NCBI GenBank assembly: GCA_963753975.1
Contig: CAVWEH010000005.1
Coordinates: 32,001-96,000 of the forward strand
Reading direction: 5' to 3'
Length of the DNA stretch: 64,000 bases
Source: an uncultured delta proteobacterium
GTDB taxonomy: Bacteria; Desulfobacterota; Syntrophia; Syntrophales; Smithellaceae
Positions within the stretch are counted from its first letter, which is position 1; each line of letters opens with the position of its first letter. A model generated the notes under the pieces. The model did not search any database, had not been told where the DNA came from, and saw only the letters and a list, made by a program, of their open reading frames with translations. Shown here in pieces: positions 60,295-64,000 of the stretch. Both the position numbers and the translations under genes were made by a program.

Positions 60295-60890
60295 TTTGCC
60301 TCCTTCATAATTGTCAGCATATAATCACGGGCGCGTTTGGCCAACTCAGGATTGTCTAATAAAATCGATATTTCATTATTATACTTCATCGCCGCTTGTG
60401 TAAGGTTATGGCTACCCAGAAGAACCAGCCGCTGATCGATCACGATTAGTTTTGTATGCGTCGTTTTGTATGGTGAATCGAAATAGACCTTCACCGCTTT
60501 CTCTTCCAGAAGTTTCCCCGTCTCTCTGTTTTGAATATTCAGTTCATCCGAGAGGCTGCCTGTCGTTTCTAAAATGACGGTAACCTTTACGCCTCTTTTC
60601 GTCGCTTTGGCCAAATGCCCCAGGACACGATCGGGATAACTGTTTTTGTGCACACCGACTTTAAAAGAAAATATCGACATGAAGATTTCGCTTTGCGCTT
60701 CGTCAATGGCCTTTAACAACGCCGGGAAATAAGCTTCATTGGTCAGAAGAATCGCCTGGCATCCGGGCTGATCAGAAGAAATTGTATTAAGCTTTTCTCC
60801 GGCAAATGCTGACGATAATGACGCAATTACAAAAATTAAGCCGCAGAGCACAACAACAATATTTTTCTTGCCTGAATCAAAGCTGCTCAT
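60291..60890 (-). CDS. Phospholipase D-family (single HKD, Nuc-like) exported protein
   Basis: HTKLIVID...GSHNLT...NNE motif. Confidence 0.88.
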   Translation of the reverse strand: MSSFDSGKKNIVVVLCGLIFVIASLSSAFAGEKLNTISSDQPGCQAILLTNEAYFPALLKAIDEAQSEIFMSIFSFKVGVHKNSYPDRVLGHLAKATKRGVKVTVILETTGSLSDELNIQNRETGKLLEEKAVKVYFDSPYKTTHTKLIVIDQRLVLLGSHNLTQAAMKYNNEISILLDNPELAKRARDYMLTIMKEAK

Positions 60891-60941
60891 AGTTCCTCTA
60901 ACTTATATTATTGTATAATATTTCTTTGTATTGGTCGATAT

Positions 60942-60979
60942 AAAAAAGCCCGAAACTGGAATCCAGTTTCGGGCTTTTT
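60942..60979. terminator. Intrinsic terminator of dnaK
   Basis: AAAAAGCCCGAAACTGGA-A-TCCAGTTTCGGGCTTTTT perfect inverted repeat. Confidence 0.85.
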
Positions 60980-60993
60980 ACTTCAATTCTTCG

Positions 60994-62916
60994 CTATTTT
61001 ACTTCCTCAAAGTCGGCATCTACTACATCATCATCCTTTTTCCCCGACGCCTGCTGCCCACCGCTTTGCTGCTCTGTCCCGGCACCGGCAGTAGGACCAC
61101 CTTGACCACCGGAGGTTTTTGCATACATGGCTTCCGCCAATTTGTGCGAGACATTCATCAAGTCGTCCTGAGCTTTTTTGATGGCTTCAACATTTTCGCC
61201 TTCCAAAGCTTTTTTCGCCTTGCTTATTGCTTCTTCGATTTTTGCTTTTTCGCCCGCATCTACTTTATCGCCAAATTCCTTAATATTTTTTTCCACGCTG
61301 TAAATCATGGAATCGGCCTGATTTCTCGCTTCAATTAATTCCTTGCGACGCTTGTCTTCTTCGGCGTGCTGTTCCGCGTCACGCACTAATTTCTGAATTT
61401 CTGCTTCACTCAAACCGCTGGAAGCGGTGATTTTGATGCTCTGTTCTTTACCGGTACCCAGATCTTTTGCGTTAACATGCACGATACCGTTGGCATCAAT
61501 ATCAAAAGTAACTTCAATTTGAGGTATGCCGCGCGGCGCCGGTGGTATACCCACCAATTCAAAACGCCCCAAAGTTCTGTTATCAGGCGCCATCTGACGT
61601 TCACCCTGAAGCACGTGAATGCTCACCGCCGGCTGATTATCGGCAGCTGTCGAAAAAATCTGGCTTTTCTTGCTGGGAATAGTAGTGTTTTTCTCGATAA
61701 GCCTGGTCATAACCCCGCCCAGAGTCTCTATACCCAGAGAAAGCGGAGTAACATCAAGCAGCAATACATCTTTCACATCACCCGCCAAAACTCCGCCCTG
61801 AATTGCTGCGCCGACAGCCACAACTTCGTCCGGATTCACGCCTTTGTGCGGTTCCTTGCCGAAAATTTCTTTTACCCTCTGTTGAACCCGCGGCATTCTG
61901 GTCATTCCACCAACCAAAATAACTTCGTCAATATCTTTGGTTGATAGATTGGCGTCTTTCAGTGCAGTGCGGCAAGGATCAACTACCTTTTCAATCAATT
62001 CTCCCACTAAAGATTCCAGCTTAGCTCTGGAGAGCTTAATATTCATGTGCTTGGGGCCGGATGCATCGGCGGTAACGAACGGCAGATTGATATCGGTTTC
62101 CATCGTAGTGGAAAGTTCCATCTTCGCCTTTTCCGCCGCTTCTTTGAGCCGTTGCAGCGCCATTTTATCGTTCCTCAAATCAATGCCTTGATCTTTTTTA
62201 AATTCTGCGACCAGAAAATCCATTACGCGCTGGTCGAAATCTTCACCGCCCAAATGCGTATCGCCGTTGGTAGACTTAACCTCAAAGACGCCATCGCCCA
62301 ATTCCAAAATAGATATATCAAAAGTGCCGCCGCCTAAATCAAAGACGGCAATCTTTTCCTCCTTCTTCTTGTCCAAACCATAAGCAAGAGCGGCTGCTGT
62401 AGGTTCATTGATGATACGTAATACATTCAGTCCGGCAATCTTGCCGGCGTCTTTTGTCGCCTGACGTTGTGAATCGTTAAAATATGCCGGAACGGTAATA
62501 ACAGCATCCGTTACTTTTTCTCCCAGATAATCCTCCGCAGTTTGTTTCATCTTCGTCAAAATCATCGCGGATATTTCGGCCGGAGAATAGTTCTTTTTCC
62601 TTATTGTAACTTGGGCATCACCGTTCGAAGCTTCCGTTATCTTGTAAGGAATAATCTTGATATCATACTGAACTTCTTTGGAATTGTATTTTCTACCGAT
62701 AAGCCTTTTGACGGCGTAGACAGTATTTTCCGAATTCGTTATGGCCTGCCTTTTCGCCACCTGCCCTACTAACCTTTCGCCGGTTTCCGTTATGGCAACA
62801 ACGGACGGCGTGGTGCGATTGCCTTCTTGATTGGCGATAACGACAGGGTCTCCCCCTTCCATTATGGCTACGCAAGAATTTGTTGTCCCTAAATCAATTC
62901 CGATAATTTTTGCCAT
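60994..62916 (-). CDS. dnaK: Chaperone DnaK
   Basis: [17 protein letters not shown] and the [10 protein letters not shown]-terminus. Confidence 0.98.
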   Translation of the reverse strand: MAKIIGIDLGTTNSCVAIMEGGDPVVIANQEGNRTTPSVVAITETGERLVGQVAKRQAITNSENTVYAVKRLIGRKYNSKEVQYDIKIIPYKITEASNGDAQVTIRKKNYSPAEISAMILTKMKQTAEDYLGEKVTDAVITVPAYFNDSQRQATKDAGKIAGLNVLRIINEPTAAALAYGLDKKKEEKIAVFDLGGGTFDISILELGDGVFEVKSTNGDTHLGGEDFDQRVMDFLVAEFKKDQGIDLRNDKMALQRLKEAAEKAKMELSTTMETDINLPFVTADASGPKHMNIKLSRAKLESLVGELIEKVVDPCRTALKDANLSTKDIDEVILVGGMTRMPRVQQRVKEIFGKEPHKGVNPDEVVAVGAAIQGGVLAGDVKDVLLLDVTPLSLGIETLGGVMTRLIEKNTTIPSKKSQIFSTAADNQPAVSIHVLQGERQMAPDNRTLGRFELVGIPPAPRGIPQIEVTFDIDANGIVHVNAKDLGTGKEQSIKITASSGLSEAEIQKLVRDAEQHAEEDKRRKELIEARNQADSMIYSVEKNIKEFGDKVDAGEKAKIEEAISKAKKALEGENVEAIKKAQDDLMNVSHKLAEAMYAKTSGGQGGPTAGAGTEQQSGGQQASGKKDDDVVDADFEEVK

Positions 62917-62927
62917 TTTTTTCCTCC

Positions 62928-63509
62928 TTATTCTCCATTGTCTGCTATTTTTTCACATGTCTCATTTTCTTTATTTGTCTTTTTACATACACAAACTTTT
63001 GACGGCCTTAAAAGTCTGCCATTGAGCAAATAACCTTTTGCTATTTCATTAACTATTTTATTTTCTTCATGCTCGTCGCTATGAATCTGCATCATTGCTT
63101 CATGAAAGTTGGGGTCGAAATCAGCTCCTGAACTTTCAATTCTCTCCACGCCGTGCTTTTTGAGACAGCACAAAAGCTGTTCCTGAATTAATTTGATACC
63201 ATCCTTAAATGCTTCAACATCGGAGCCGCCGGTATGTTCCATTGCCCTGTCTAAGCTGTCCAAAAAAGGCAAAATATCTCTAATGATCTCTTCGTTGCCA
63301 TACTTGATTGTATCAGCCTTTTCTTTAGCCGCCCTTTTTTTGTAATTATCCAATTCCGCAGTTGCACGCAGGTACTTATCATAATTGGCCGCGGCTTCTT
63401 TTTCCTTATCTTCTAATTTCGCTTTTAGATCATTTATTTCCGAGTGCTCTCCTCCGGCAATAACTTCGTCCGGAGGATGTTTAGCAATGTGTTCTTTTTT
63501 TGTTTTCAC
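62928..63509 (-). CDS. grpE: Nucleotide exchange factor GrpE
   Basis: [17 protein letters not shown] and [11 protein letters not shown] motifs. Confidence 0.95.
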   Translation of the reverse strand: MKTKKEHIAKHPPDEVIAGGEHSEINDLKAKLEDKEKEAAANYDKYLRATAELDNYKKRAAKEKADTIKYGNEEIIRDILPFLDSLDRAMEHTGGSDVEAFKDGIKLIQEQLLCCLKKHGVERIESSGADFDPNFHEAMMQIHSDEHEENKIVNEIAKGYLLNGRLLRPSKVCVCKKTNKENETCEKIADNGE

Positions 63510-63534
63510 CTTAACCTCAAAAATAATTTTCTCA

Positions 63535-64000
63535 TTATTTTAAGTCAGGCTTTTGAAATAATTTCATATCTACCAGTTCACAGATAGCATGACCGGCTGT
63601 AATATGTGTTTCCTGAATGCGCGCCGTACTGGAAGAAGCTACATTAACGGAAAAATCAACAATTTTCGCAATGCTTCCCCCATCTTTGCCGGTAAAAGCA
63701 ACTGTTACCAATCCCATCTTCTTGGCCATTTCCAGGCCTTTCATAACATTGGCGGAATTACCGCTGGTACTGATTCCCCAGGCGACATCCCCCGGTTGTC
63801 CTATCGCCCTGATCTGCTTACTGAATATTTCGGAGAAGTCATAATCATTTCCGATACTCGTAATAACGGATGTATCGGTCGTAAGAGCAATTGCCGGAAG
63901 AGGCGGCCTTTCTATTAAAAAGCGGTTAATAAATTCCGCAGCAATATGTTGTGCATCCGCCGCTGAACCGCCATTGCCAAAAAGTAATATCTTGTTGCCT
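63535..64000 (-). CDS. gmhA: Phosphoheptose isomerase (5' end outside the window)
   Basis: Manual translation GNKILLFGNGGSAADAQHIAAEF...PAIALTTDTS...STSGNS...RIQETHI. Confidence 0.92.
   Translation of the reverse strand, partial: GNKILLFGNGGSAADAQHIAAEFINRFLIERPPLPAIALTTDTSVITSIGNDYDFSEIFSKQIRAIGQPGDVAWGISTSGNSANVMKGLEMAKKMGLVTVAFTGKDGGSIAKIVDFSVNVASSSTARIQETHITAGHAICELVDMKLFQKPDLK

Overview
Bacterial chromosomal window. The gene set (Sec-containing SelD, aldehyde:ferredoxin oxidoreductase with MoaD, split PntAA/AB/B transhydrogenase, CCG-domain protein, multi-PAS hybrid kinase, sigma54 regulator) suggests an anaerobic deltaproteobacterium, possibly Syntrophales-like (inference). Housekeeping genes: thrC (partial), selD, ddl, alr with a long C-terminal extension, truA, pdaD, pnt, trpEGDCFBA, a second trpB (TrpB2), rarA, surE, dnaK-grpE and gmhA (partial). 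Accessory segments: an AT-rich putative restriction/defence gene pair at 6.9-9.0 kb, and a 23-34 kb stretch containing a TIR protein and several genes each bracketed by their own direct repeat. Signals the ORF track misses: (1) an in-frame UGA plus SECIS in selD; (2) two Trp-rich attenuator leader peptides, before trpE and before trpB2; (3) a sigma54 promoter facing an ORF-less, terminator-ended ~125-nt candidate sRNA, divergent from a two-component system; (4) a ~130-nt structured element in 3-4 copies, two bracketing the SRAP gene; (5) a dispersed modular palindromic repeat family with covarying stems; (6) two single-base frameshifts in short A runs. No rRNA, tRNA, CRISPR array, transposase or integrase was seen. 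All family assignments come from motif recognition, not database searches.
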